From the NCBI GenBank assembly GCA_038139415.1, contig JAYOSV010000019.1, positions 1,467 to 65,466 of the forward strand: a stretch of DNA of 64,000 nt. Direction: 5' to 3'. Every line of letters begins with the position of its first letter. Position 1 is the stretch's first letter. Both the position numbers and the translations under genes were made by a program. The DNA is from Verrucomicrobiales bacterium. GTDB taxonomy: Bacteria > Verrucomicrobiota > Verrucomicrobiia > Limisphaerales > UBA1100. Below are positions 54,239-63,026 of the stretch, piece after piece. A model generated the notes under the pieces. That model did no database searches. It was not told the DNA's origin and saw only the letters and a list, made by a program, of their open reading frames with translations.

Positions 54239-54628
54239 ATGAGTAGCGCGCAAACCATCCTCATTGGGGTCGCCGTGGTGGGAATCACTGTGTTTGGGTT
54301 TATGCGTTCCGATGAGAACGAGTACGCCGAGCAGGTAGTGGCGCTGGATTCGACTGAAGCCAAGACCGCGCTGGCCATCTTTAAGCAGTTGTCGCAATCC
54401 ACCAATGCCTTGGCCGACGCCATAAGCCCCAAAGCAAACCCCGTGATTCAGCAGCACTTGCAGCGCAGTGCCGCCCGGCTCCAAACCGCCGGGACGGTAG
54501 AACTCATTAATGCCTATTGGACTGGGGATTATTTCAAAGTTCAAATAAAAGCCGCCGAAGAGTCGCATTGGTTTACGCTGGAACAGGACGGTGGTGCCGG
54601 CCTAAAACTGCTGGGCGTACAGGAATAG
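54239..54628 (+). CDS. Membrane-anchored hypothetical protein
   Basis: N-terminal TM; 1-nt spacing to the genes on both sides. Confidence 0.7.
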   Translation: MSSAQTILIGVAVVGITVFGFMRSDENEYAEQVVALDSTEAKTALAIFKQLSQSTNALADAISPKANPVIQQHLQRSAARLQTAGTVELINAYWTGDYFKVQIKAAEESHWFTLEQDGGAGLKLLGVQE

Positions 54629-54629
54629 C

Positions 54630-55223
54630 ATGAAAGGACCCGATCACATCCCCTGGCTGCTTGGCTTGATGGTGCTCTTCACCGCCATGCGTTGGCCGGG
54701 ATTGTTGCCGTCGAACTTCAGCCCGGTGTACGCGATTTGTTTTTGTGCGGGGCTGTACCTCAGCGGTTGGCGGGCGTGGGCGGTGCCGTTGGGGCTGCTG
54801 TTAGTCAGCGATGTAGTGATGAATTTTTTCGTGTATCGGCCGATGGGGTACTCGGTGTTTTCAGTCAGCATGATCGGTTTGTATGCGCTGTACTTGCTGC
54901 TGATTGCCATGGGTTGGCGGTTGGGGGAAAAACAATCGCCGGCCGTGTTAATCGGCGGCGGAATATTGGGTGCGTGCGCGTTTTTCTTTGGAAGCAACAC
55001 ACTGGTCTGGCTGGCCGATCCGATATACGCGAAAACAGTAGCTGGCTGGGTGCAATCGTTTACCGTGGGCAAGGCGGGCTTTCCGCCGGCGATTATGTTT
55101 TTCCGCAACTCAGCGGTGTCCGGAGCGTTGTTTACCACGGTGATCGTGTTTGCCGTGCGGTATGTCCGTTCTATTGAAGCGGAACGGGGAGGGGCAAGTT
55201 CCACCTTGCCCCAAAATTACTAA
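54630..55223 (+). CDS. DUF6580-like small membrane transporter component (ECF S-component-like)
   Basis: NFSPVYAI, LLLVSD, FFFGSNTLVW, GWVQSFTVG..F....FFRN; 5-6 TM. Confidence 0.65.
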   Translation: MKGPDHIPWLLGLMVLFTAMRWPGLLPSNFSPVYAICFCAGLYLSGWRAWAVPLGLLLVSDVVMNFFVYRPMGYSVFSVSMIGLYALYLLLIAMGWRLGEKQSPAVLIGGGILGACAFFFGSNTLVWLADPIYAKTVAGWVQSFTVGKAGFPPAIMFFRNSAVSGALFTTVIVFAVRYVRSIEAERGGASSTLPQNY

Positions 55224-55263
55224 GAGGGAGTTAGGTCTGGGACGAGGTGGAACTTGCCCCGCC
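55188..55263. repeat. Inverted pair of REP-like palindromes within the 3' ends of two convergent genes
   Basis: ggaggggcaagttccaccttgcccc (55188-55212) versus reverse complement of 55239-55263, ggcggggcaagttccacctcgtccc (22/25 identical). Confidence 0.75.
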
Positions 55264-56655
55264 CTTTTGATCTTCACCGATTTGGTAGGCGATTGCGCTG
55301 ACGATTTTCTCACTCCACGCATCCAGCGCGGCGGCATCCTTACCTTCGAGAAGGAGTCGGATTTTGGGTTCGGTGCCGGAATAACGGAGCAACACGCGGC
55401 CACCTTCTGCTTGCAGGGCGGATTCCGCCTCGGCCACGAGCGCGGGGACGCCTTCGAGTTCCTCAATGGGTTTCTTCTCCGTCACGCGCAGGTTGGTAAG
55501 CTTTTGCGGAAAACGCGTCCAGCACTGGGCCAGCTTGGAGAGGGGTTGTTGCTTGGCGGCCATGATGCGGAGTATCTGCAGAGCCGCCACGAGGCCGTCA
55601 CCGGAGGAGGCGTGGTCACCGAAAATCAGGTGGCCGCTTTGTTCGCCGCCGAAATTATAGCCGTGCTGCAACATGGCTTCGATCACATGCTTGTCACCCA
55701 CGGGCGTGCGCACGGTACGACCGCCGGACGCCTCAATGGCGGCGTCGAGGCCGGCATTGCTCATTACGGTAGTCACGAGGGTGTTATTGGCTAATGACCC
55801 TTCGGCCAGCATTTCCAGCGCGGCGATGGCCATAATGTCGTCGCCGTCAATCAACGTACCGGTTTCGTCGCACAACAACACGCGGTCCGCATCGCCGTCA
55901 TGCGCAATGCCGATGTCGGCATTGTGTTCCTGCACCCAGTGACACATTTGCTCGGGATGCATGGAGCCGCGGCCGGCGTTAATATTCGTGCCATCGGGTC
56001 GGTTGCCGTAAACAATGACATTGGCGCCGAGCTCGCGCAGGGTGCAGGGCGTGGCCTTGTAGGCGGCACCGTGCCCACAATCGACGACGATGGTTACACC
56101 CTCGAGCGTTTGGCCGCGCGGAAAAGAGCGTTTAGCGTATTCGACATACCGGCCGAGAGCGTCGTCGATGCGTACGGCCTTGCCGATGGCTTCGGCCGTG
56201 GGGCGGACGTCATCGATCTCGCCGCTGAACACGAGGTTTTCGATTTGTTCCTCGATGGGGTCGGCAAGCTTGTAGCCGTCGTGATTGAAAAACTTGATGC
56301 CGTTGTCGTCGTACGGATTGTGTGAAGCGGTGATGACAATGCCGGCATCCGCGCGCAGGCTATTAGTAATCCGCGCCACGCCGGGCGTGGGCAGCGGGCC
56401 GATGAACAGCACATCCACGCCCATCGACAGGATGCCGCTAGAAAGGGCATTCTCTAGCATGTACCCCGAGAGACGTGTGTCTTTGCCGATGACAATCTGA
56501 TGTCGCTGGCGGCTTCGGGATTCGGGGTTGAGATCCCGGAATACATGGGCGGCGGCACGCCCGAGCTTGAGGGCGGTCTCGGCCGTGACCGGTTCCACAT
56601 TCGCACGTCCCCGCACCCCATCGGTGCCGAAGATTTTATTCGCTGTCGGTGCCAT
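55231..56655 (-). CDS. glmM: Phosphoglucosamine mutase
   Basis: FGTDGVRG, GKDTRLSG, ITASHNP, DGDADR, GGEQSGH, RYSGTEPKIR; start ATG 56655. Confidence 0.95.
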   Translation of the reverse strand: MAPTANKIFGTDGVRGRANVEPVTAETALKLGRAAAHVFRDLNPESRSRQRHQIVIGKDTRLSGYMLENALSSGILSMGVDVLFIGPLPTPGVARITNSLRADAGIVITASHNPYDDNGIKFFNHDGYKLADPIEEQIENLVFSGEIDDVRPTAEAIGKAVRIDDALGRYVEYAKRSFPRGQTLEGVTIVVDCGHGAAYKATPCTLRELGANVIVYGNRPDGTNINAGRGSMHPEQMCHWVQEHNADIGIAHDGDADRVLLCDETGTLIDGDDIMAIAALEMLAEGSLANNTLVTTVMSNAGLDAAIEASGGRTVRTPVGDKHVIEAMLQHGYNFGGEQSGHLIFGDHASSGDGLVAALQILRIMAAKQQPLSKLAQCWTRFPQKLTNLRVTEKKPIEELEGVPALVAEAESALQAEGGRVLLRYSGTEPKIRLLLEGKDAAALDAWSEKIVSAIAYQIGEDQKGGASSTSSQT

Positions 56656-56854
56656 TGTTTTCCTTGAGGGCGTCGGGATTGGAGAGGGGCGGGGCAGAAG
56701 TTTCTGAGTCACTAGGGCGGCGGATGGGTTCGGCGTTCGAATAGGACAGGCCGGCGGCGGTCTTAATGATAAACCACACCATGATCGCCAGAATCAGCGA
56801 CATGACTTTCATTAAGAAATCGCTCATACCCTTGGATTGTGAGTCTTCTGCCAT
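56636..56854 (-). CDS. Small single-TM protein resembling the CdaR (YbbR) N-terminal anchor
   Basis: KVMSLILAIMVWFII in the cdaR position between cdaA and glmM; no YbbR domains. Confidence 0.55.
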   Translation of the reverse strand: MAEDSQSKGMSDFLMKVMSLILAIMVWFIIKTAAGLSYSNAEPIRRPSDSETSAPPLSNPDALKENNGTDSE

Positions 56855-56857
56855 GGG

Positions 56858-57772
56858 TTAACGGGGGTCCGGCCGGAGTTTCTTTTCGATGAGATCGAAC
56901 ACCGCCCGCAGGGAATCGCGCAGGCGTTGCAACGGGGTGCTGGCGAGTTTTTTCGAGGGGGCATCGGATTTCAATTGGTCTACCAGAAAATCCTTGAGTT
57001 GTTTGAGGGAGACTTGCCGATGCAGAGCACCGTTGTGGCAATAGGCGATGTCGCCAGTTTCTTCGGAAACGAGTACGACAATGGCGTCGGTTTCCTCACT
57101 CAACCCAATGGCGGCGCGGTGGCGTGTCCCCAGGGAGTTGTTAATATCAATGCGCCGGGTGAGCGGGAAAATACAGGCGGCATACATGATGCGGTTGCCC
57201 CGCACCACGACGCCGCCATCGTGCATGGGGGAGTTGGGGAAGAAAATGGAATTCAACATCTCCGAAGTCAGTGCGCTATCTACCAGCACGCCGCTGCCGG
57301 TTTCCTGATGGATATCTACGGCGCGCTCGATCGCGATGATGCCGCCGGTGCGTTGTTGGGCCAATTGGTCGGTGGCCTGTACGACCGCATCGACATCCAG
57401 CGGACTGTCTTCGTCTGAAGAAAAGATTGGAAGGTTACCTAATTCCGCCAGGAGCCGGCGTAGCTCGGGCTGGAAGATAATTAGGATGGCCACGGTGGTG
57501 AACAGGAACAATTGCTGGAGCAACCACCGGAGCACCTGCAATTCCAATAGGGCAATGAGCGTGGTGATGCCGATTAGGATAAGGAAGCCTAGCACCACGG
57601 GCCAGCCACGTGAGCGTTGTAGAAAGGTGAAAATATAATAGATACCGACGGCCAGCGCGGAGATCTCCACCAGCGCGCGGAGAATCCACAGCCAATCCAG
57701 TTTCAGCCATTCCCAGATGCTGATCAGAAAAGGCGGAATTTCGGCGGCTATATTGAGGCTTTCTCCGTCCAT
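56858..57772 (-). CDS. cdaA: Diadenylate cyclase CdaA/DacA
   Basis: Three TM helices; IFQPELRR; MHDGG; LGTRHRAAIG; VSEETG. Confidence 0.92.
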   Translation of the reverse strand: MDGESLNIAAEIPPFLISIWEWLKLDWLWILRALVEISALAVGIYYIFTFLQRSRGWPVVLGFLILIGITTLIALLELQVLRWLLQQLFLFTTVAILIIFQPELRRLLAELGNLPIFSSDEDSPLDVDAVVQATDQLAQQRTGGIIAIERAVDIHQETGSGVLVDSALTSEMLNSIFFPNSPMHDGGVVVRGNRIMYAACIFPLTRRIDINNSLGTRHRAAIGLSEETDAIVVLVSEETGDIAYCHNGALHRQVSLKQLKDFLVDQLKSDAPSKKLASTPLQRLRDSLRAVFDLIEKKLRPDPR

Positions 57773-57775
57773 GAA

Positions 57776-58603
57776 TTAGCGGATGGCGGTCCAGATTTGC
57801 AGTGCCTGGATGGTTTCTCTGACATCATGCACGCGGAGAACGGCGGTTCCGGCTTCAGCGGCGCGACAGGCGCACGCTAGACTTCCGGCCAAACGATCCT
57901 CCACTGCGGCTTCGGTGATACGGCCGATAAACGACTTGCGCGAGGCACCCACCAACAAAGGCCGCTTCATCTTTTTAAAACGCTCCAGCCCGGCGAGCAA
58001 CGCCAAATTATGCTCAACCGTTTTGCCAAACCCAATGCCTGGATCGAACAGCACCTGTTCCGCATCCAAGCCGGCCTCGGTGAACCGCTCTAGGCGTTCG
58101 TCAAAAAACGCGCGCACTTCGGCGGTCACATCGGTGTACGTTGGCGCGTTCTGCATGTTTTGCGGCGTGCCCTGCATGTGCATCGCCACGTAACCGGCGC
58201 GGGCAGCACCGGCAATTTGCCACATTTTTGGGTCTGCGCGGTTTGCGGCGATGTCGTTGATGATTACAGCACCGGCGGCCAAGGCTGCCTTGGCCACGGC
58301 GGGTTTCTGGGTGTCTATGGATAGGGCGGCGTCGGTTTGCCCGGCGAGTTGTTCGATGACCGGAATTACGCGTGCCAATTCTTCCGACTCGGATACGGCG
58401 GGTGCTCCGGGGCGGGTGGATTCGCCGCCGATATCGAGGAGATCCGCCCCTTCCGCGGCGAGCGCCAGCGCGTGGGCTACGGCCGCCGCTGGGGTGGCGT
58501 GCTGGCCGCCGTCGGAAAAGGAATCGGGCGTGACATTGACGATGCCCATGATGAGCGGACTGCGCGGAAACTCCCACGCGTGATCGCCGGCGCGCCAAAT
58601 CAT
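57776..58603 (-). CDS. folP: Dihydropteroate synthase
   Basis: MGIVNVTPDSFSDGG, DIGGESTRPG, DPGIGFGK, GASRKSF, RVHDV. Confidence 0.96.
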   Translation of the reverse strand: MIWRAGDHAWEFPRSPLIMGIVNVTPDSFSDGGQHATPAAAVAHALALAAEGADLLDIGGESTRPGAPAVSESEELARVIPVIEQLAGQTDAALSIDTQKPAVAKAALAAGAVIINDIAANRADPKMWQIAGAARAGYVAMHMQGTPQNMQNAPTYTDVTAEVRAFFDERLERFTEAGLDAEQVLFDPGIGFGKTVEHNLALLAGLERFKKMKRPLLVGASRKSFIGRITEAAVEDRLAGSLACACRAAEAGTAVLRVHDVRETIQALQIWTAIR

Positions 58604-58604
58604 C

Positions 58605-59006
58605 CTAATACCCGCTGCTGTCGGGAACCTTCTCGATCAGTTCAATCTCGTAGCCTTCAGGCGCGTCGATGAAGGCAAAGCCGCCGCCACTGTCTTTCAT
58701 GTGCGGGCCATCGGAGTATTCCACGCCCAGTGATTGGATGTGTTTTTCAAATTCCACCAAGCTCTCCACCTCAAAGGCTAGGTGCGTGAGATCCTCTTGG
58801 ACCTGCACGCCGCCGCTGCTCGGGTAGCTACATAGCTCGATCTCCTCATCGCTATTGGGCGTGGCGAGAAACACTAACTCAGAGCCGCGCGGCGATTTGT
58901 GTCGGCGTGTCTCGGTCAGCCCAAGAATCTCCGTGTAGAATTTCACCGAGGATTCCAGATCGTTCACGCGATAGCGGGTGTGTAGCAGTTTTTTGACAAT
59001 GGCCAT
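58605..59006 (-). CDS. VOC family protein (glyoxalase I-like)
   Basis: LLHTRYRVNDLE.S..FY..LG, HLAFEV, DAPEGYEIELIE. Confidence 0.85.
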   Translation of the reverse strand: MAIVKKLLHTRYRVNDLESSVKFYTEILGLTETRRHKSPRGSELVFLATPNSDEEIELCSYPSSGGVQVQEDLTHLAFEVESLVEFEKHIQSLGVEYSDGPHMKDSGGGFAFIDAPEGYEIELIEKVPDSSGY

Positions 59007-59113
59007 GGGCGAAGGATGCCCGAGGGGCGTGGGCGGCGCAAGGTTTGTGACTTGGTCGTCACGCGTTTACGCTTGATTGTCGGAGTTGAGGCAGGCTGAA
59101 TCCGTTTTCGAGC

Positions 59114-61075
59114 ATGTTACGATTTAGCTTCATTCTCATGGGGTTGTTGGGTTCCTCGTGGGCGGCTGTTGCGCCCCCCCCGCAAATGGAAACCCGCGGT
59201 GTTCCGGAGATTCCGGATGTGTTGGCTAAGCAAGCCGCTCCATATTTGCAGGTGCGGCCTCTACGTTTTCAGGATTGGCAGCTTAAAGGAACGAACGCGA
59301 CGGTTTTAATTTCTCAACGCCCGCCCAAGGGCGAGGTGAGCCAGCTGCATGTGTTGAATAAACCCAAGGGCCAGCCGCGACAGGTTACTTTTGGTCGGGA
59401 GCCGGTGCGGGGAGCGGCCTTGAATCCGGTGAATGATCGGGCGCTGATTTATTTTAAAGACGAAGGTGGCAGCGAGCGTTACCAGGTGTTTCACAACAAT
59501 TTGGCGACGGGGAAATCTGTACGGATCACCGATGGGAAAAACCGCCACACGGGCGCGCACTGGTCGCCCAAGGGCGATCGGATCGCGTACTTCTCGCCCA
59601 AGCGCAACGGGCGGGACAACGACCTCTATGTGGCCGATCCCTTGAAGGCGGGCAGCGAAAAATTGCTAGCCCGCCTAGATGGCGGCGGTTGGTGGATTGA
59701 AGACTGGTCGCGCGACGGGACCTTGATGATCCTAATGGAGTACATCTCTATCAACGAATCGCGCCTACATATTGTCGATACTAAGGGCGGAAACTTGTCG
59801 CCACTCACGCCAAAGTTGAGTGTGCCGGTCAGTCATCAGAACGCGCGTTTTGATCCTAGGATGCGGGCGGTTTATTTTAGCTCGGATGACGGGTTTGAAT
59901 TTCAACGACTCACTCGATTGGATTTGAGCAGTGGCGAGTATAAATATTTTCTGCCACAGGTGCGCTGGGATGTAGAGGCGATTGAGGTGGCGCCTAACGG
60001 CCGGCAGTTAGCTGTGGTGACCAATGAGGGTGGCGCCAGTAAATTGCGGTTGCTCGATTCAATGACCGGCGAGCTGTTATGGAATCCGGAGATGCCGGCG
60101 GGCGTGATTCATCAACTTCGTTGGGCTTCGGAAACGGAGCTGATGTACGGCTTTGATTGGGCACTGTCGCCGGGCAAAGTGGTGCACTTGGATGCCAGTA
60201 CAAAGGAGCAGTTGACGTGGCTGGATAGTGATTTGACAGACATAAAAGTGGATCAATTGAGCCTGCCGCGCCGGTTGGAGTGGCGCAGTGCCGATGGTAG
60301 TCGGTTTGATGCTTGGGTGTATTTACCTGGTCGCATTACGGGCAATCAGTTTTTGCCTGCCCAACCAACGCGACCGTCGCCGGTGGTTGTCTGGTTTCAT
60401 GGCGGACCGGAAAGCCAATTCCGCCCACGCTTCATGGGGCGTTACAATTTTCTAACCACCGAGGAACAGATTGTTCTCATATGCCCGAATGTGAGGGGTT
60501 CGCGTGGGTATGGTAAAAAGTTTTTGAAAGCCGACAACGGTGAGGGTCGCGCCAAGGTGCTGCTGGATATTGAGCGGATTTACAATGCCGTGGCCGCCAA
60601 CCCGTTATGGGATCAAAACCGGATTGCGGTGATGGGTGGCAGCTACGGCGGCTTCATGGCGCTGCACAGTATGGTAAACCTAAACAACTTTGTGCGTTGC
60701 GGCATCGATGTGGTGGGCATTTCCAATTTTGTGACCTTCCTGGAAAACACTAGCGACTACCGCCGCGACCTGCGTCGGGTGGAGTATGGCAACGAGCGCC
60801 TACCTGAGATGCGAAAGTTTTTACAGGAACTATCGCCGCTCACGCATGTTGAAAAAATCACGCGTCCCCTACTCATCGTGCAAGGCGCCAATGATCCGCG
60901 TGTGCCAGCAAGTGAAAGTGCCCAAATCGAGGCTGCTCTGCGGAAGAAAGACATCGAAACGTGGTATTTGCTAGCCAAGGATGAAGGTCACGGATTTCGC
61001 AAACAGGCTAATCGCACCTTTCAATTTCTCACGACCGTCCAATTTTTGCGGCGGCATTTGTTGGGGGCTGATTAG
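59114..61075 (+). CDS. S9 family (prolyl oligopeptidase-type) peptidase
   Basis: Beta-propeller region; HGGP, NVRGSRGYG, GGSYGG, GANDPRVP, DEGHGF catalytic motifs. Confidence 0.92.
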   Translation: MLRFSFILMGLLGSSWAAVAPPPQMETRGVPEIPDVLAKQAAPYLQVRPLRFQDWQLKGTNATVLISQRPPKGEVSQLHVLNKPKGQPRQVTFGREPVRGAALNPVNDRALIYFKDEGGSERYQVFHNNLATGKSVRITDGKNRHTGAHWSPKGDRIAYFSPKRNGRDNDLYVADPLKAGSEKLLARLDGGGWWIEDWSRDGTLMILMEYISINESRLHIVDTKGGNLSPLTPKLSVPVSHQNARFDPRMRAVYFSSDDGFEFQRLTRLDLSSGEYKYFLPQVRWDVEAIEVAPNGRQLAVVTNEGGASKLRLLDSMTGELLWNPEMPAGVIHQLRWASETELMYGFDWALSPGKVVHLDASTKEQLTWLDSDLTDIKVDQLSLPRRLEWRSADGSRFDAWVYLPGRITGNQFLPAQPTRPSPVVVWFHGGPESQFRPRFMGRYNFLTTEEQIVLICPNVRGSRGYGKKFLKADNGEGRAKVLLDIERIYNAVAANPLWDQNRIAVMGGSYGGFMALHSMVNLNNFVRCGIDVVGISNFVTFLENTSDYRRDLRRVEYGNERLPEMRKFLQELSPLTHVEKITRPLLIVQGANDPRVPASESAQIEAALRKKDIETWYLLAKDEGHGFRKQANRTFQFLTTVQFLRRHLLGAD

Positions 61076-61114
61076 TGGGTTGGCAAGGGCGGGGTACTGA
61101 CGTACAACGCACCC

Positions 61115-62197
61115 ATGAAGCGGCCACGCAATTTTGCCAGTGACAACAACTCTGGGATTTGCCCCGAGGCTTGGACGGCACTGGAAGAGGCCAATCAAAA
61201 CCACGCCCCGGGCTACGGTGATGACCGTTGGACCAAACAAGCGTCCGACCTAATTCGTGAAGTATTTGAGACTGATTGCGAAGTCTTCTTCGTCTTTAAC
61301 GGGACAGCAGCCAATTCCCTCTCATTGGCTTCCACCTGCCGGAGTTATCACAGTATTCTGTGTCACGAAAATGCCCATGTGGAACAGGATGAATGTGGTG
61401 CCCCTGAATTTTTTTCCAATGGAACTAAAGTACAGTTAGTCCCCGGTGCCAATGGTCGGATGACGCCTCAGGGGATTGAATCGGCTGTTCTTAAACGGAC
61501 AGATTTACACTTTCCAAAAACCCGAGCGGTGACGCTTACGCAAGCAACCGAACTGGGCACTCTTTATCAGCCTGCCCAATTGCAGGCCATTCATCGTGTG
61601 GCAAAGAAGCATGAGCTCAAAATTCACATGGACGGAGCTCGGTTTGCCAATGCGGTGGCGCAACTTAAAGTCGCCCCCAAGGAAATCACCTGGAAGGCAG
61701 GAGTGGATATCCTAAGCTTTGGCTGCACAAAAAACGGAGCGCCTGTGGGGGATGCAGTAGTATTTTTTAATCATGATCTGGCTCACGAATTTGAATGGCG
61801 CTGCAAACAGGCCGGTCAATTGGCCTCCAAGATGCGCTTTATTGCGGCCCCATGGGTTCATCTCTTGCGCGAGGATGCATGGCTGCGGCATGCGGCACAC
61901 GCGAACAAAATGGCGGCTCGTTTGGCTCGCGGCATCAACCGCATCCGCGGACTGAAACTAATGTTTCCACGGCAAGCCAATGGCGTATTTGTGGAACTGC
62001 CCGTAGCGGTAATCGCTGCTTTGCATCGGATTGGGTGGCACTTTTACACATTTATCGGGGAAGGCGGTGCACGTTTGATGTGTTCGTGGGATACGACTCC
62101 AGAAGACGTCGATGATCTTTTAGCTGATCTAACTGAGCTTATGGCCAACCGAAAAAAGTTACCCGCTCCCAAACCGGGACAGGTGCAGAATCATTAG
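61115..62197 (+). CDS. ltaE: Low-specificity L-threonine aldolase
   Basis: FASDN, YGDD, NGTAAN, HMDGARFANA, FGCTKNG, QLASKMRF. Confidence 0.9.
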   Translation: MKRPRNFASDNNSGICPEAWTALEEANQNHAPGYGDDRWTKQASDLIREVFETDCEVFFVFNGTAANSLSLASTCRSYHSILCHENAHVEQDECGAPEFFSNGTKVQLVPGANGRMTPQGIESAVLKRTDLHFPKTRAVTLTQATELGTLYQPAQLQAIHRVAKKHELKIHMDGARFANAVAQLKVAPKEITWKAGVDILSFGCTKNGAPVGDAVVFFNHDLAHEFEWRCKQAGQLASKMRFIAAPWVHLLREDAWLRHAAHANKMAARLARGINRIRGLKLMFPRQANGVFVELPVAVIAALHRIGWHFYTFIGEGGARLMCSWDTTPEDVDDLLADLTELMANRKKLPAPKPGQVQNH

Positions 62198-62207
62198 GAG
62201 AATTTTT

Positions 62208-62906
62208 ATGAAAATTGTTTATGCAATCATCTTAAGTGCCTGCTTCGCGGGTGCAGAAAACAAAACTGAATTCTATAAACCCATCGTTAAAGATGTGGAG
62301 GGGTGGACAATTGCGGTGGAGCCGCGGTTGCTGGCGGATGACAATAAGGCATTGGCCGATAAATGCCTGGTAGCCTTGGCTAATCATTTGCAGCGGATAA
62401 AGTATATTTTGCCGGAAGAAAAATGGAAGCCGCTACAGAAGCTTCCGATCCGCTTGGAGCTCCACAACGAGCGGTTGAGCTCAATGCAGTATCATCCCAG
62501 TGTGAGTTGGTTGCGCGCCAACCGGCATGATCCGGCACTAGCCAAGCATGTGCATATCCCACGCGCGCGGGCGTTGATTGATCGTGGTATGTGGGCGAAG
62601 CATCCCTATGTGATATTGCACGAGCTGGCTCACGCTTACCATGATCAGGTATTGAGCTTTGACAATAAGGATATCATCGGCGCATACGAGGCGATGCGGA
62701 GAGAGGGAATTTATGAAAAAGTGATGCTTTATACCGGTCGTACGGTTCGTCATTACGGTTTAAACAATCATAAGGAATATTTTGCGGAAAGTACGGAGGC
62801 ATATTTGGGTGTGAACGATTTTTATCCGTTTGTACGTGCGGAACTGGAAAAGCATGACCCTCGAATGTACAGAGTGATGCAAAAGATCTGGGGTCCGGTG
62901 CGTTAG
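62208..62906 (+). CDS. Secreted zincin-like metallopeptidase
   Basis: Signal peptide; HELAHAYH; EYFAESTEAY; NDFYPF...L..HDP. Confidence 0.8.
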   Translation: MKIVYAIILSACFAGAENKTEFYKPIVKDVEGWTIAVEPRLLADDNKALADKCLVALANHLQRIKYILPEEKWKPLQKLPIRLELHNERLSSMQYHPSVSWLRANRHDPALAKHVHIPRARALIDRGMWAKHPYVILHELAHAYHDQVLSFDNKDIIGAYEAMRREGIYEKVMLYTGRTVRHYGLNNHKEYFAESTEAYLGVNDFYPFVRAELEKHDPRMYRVMQKIWGPVR

Positions 62907-62930
62907 GTTCGAGTCCTACCTCTGGAGCCA
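62904..62930 (+). other. Isolated tRNA 3'-end fragment (T-arm, acceptor strand, CCA), possible att scar
   Basis: TAGGTTCGAGTCCTACCTCTGGAGCCA with no 5' tRNA half upstream. Confidence 0.65.
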
Positions 62931-63026
62931 ATTTCAGTTTATTAAATTCCAGAATCCCAAAAGGATAATTCACACATGACACATGGGATTATTGACGAAA
63001 AATCTGGCATAGTGATTCTTTTACGT

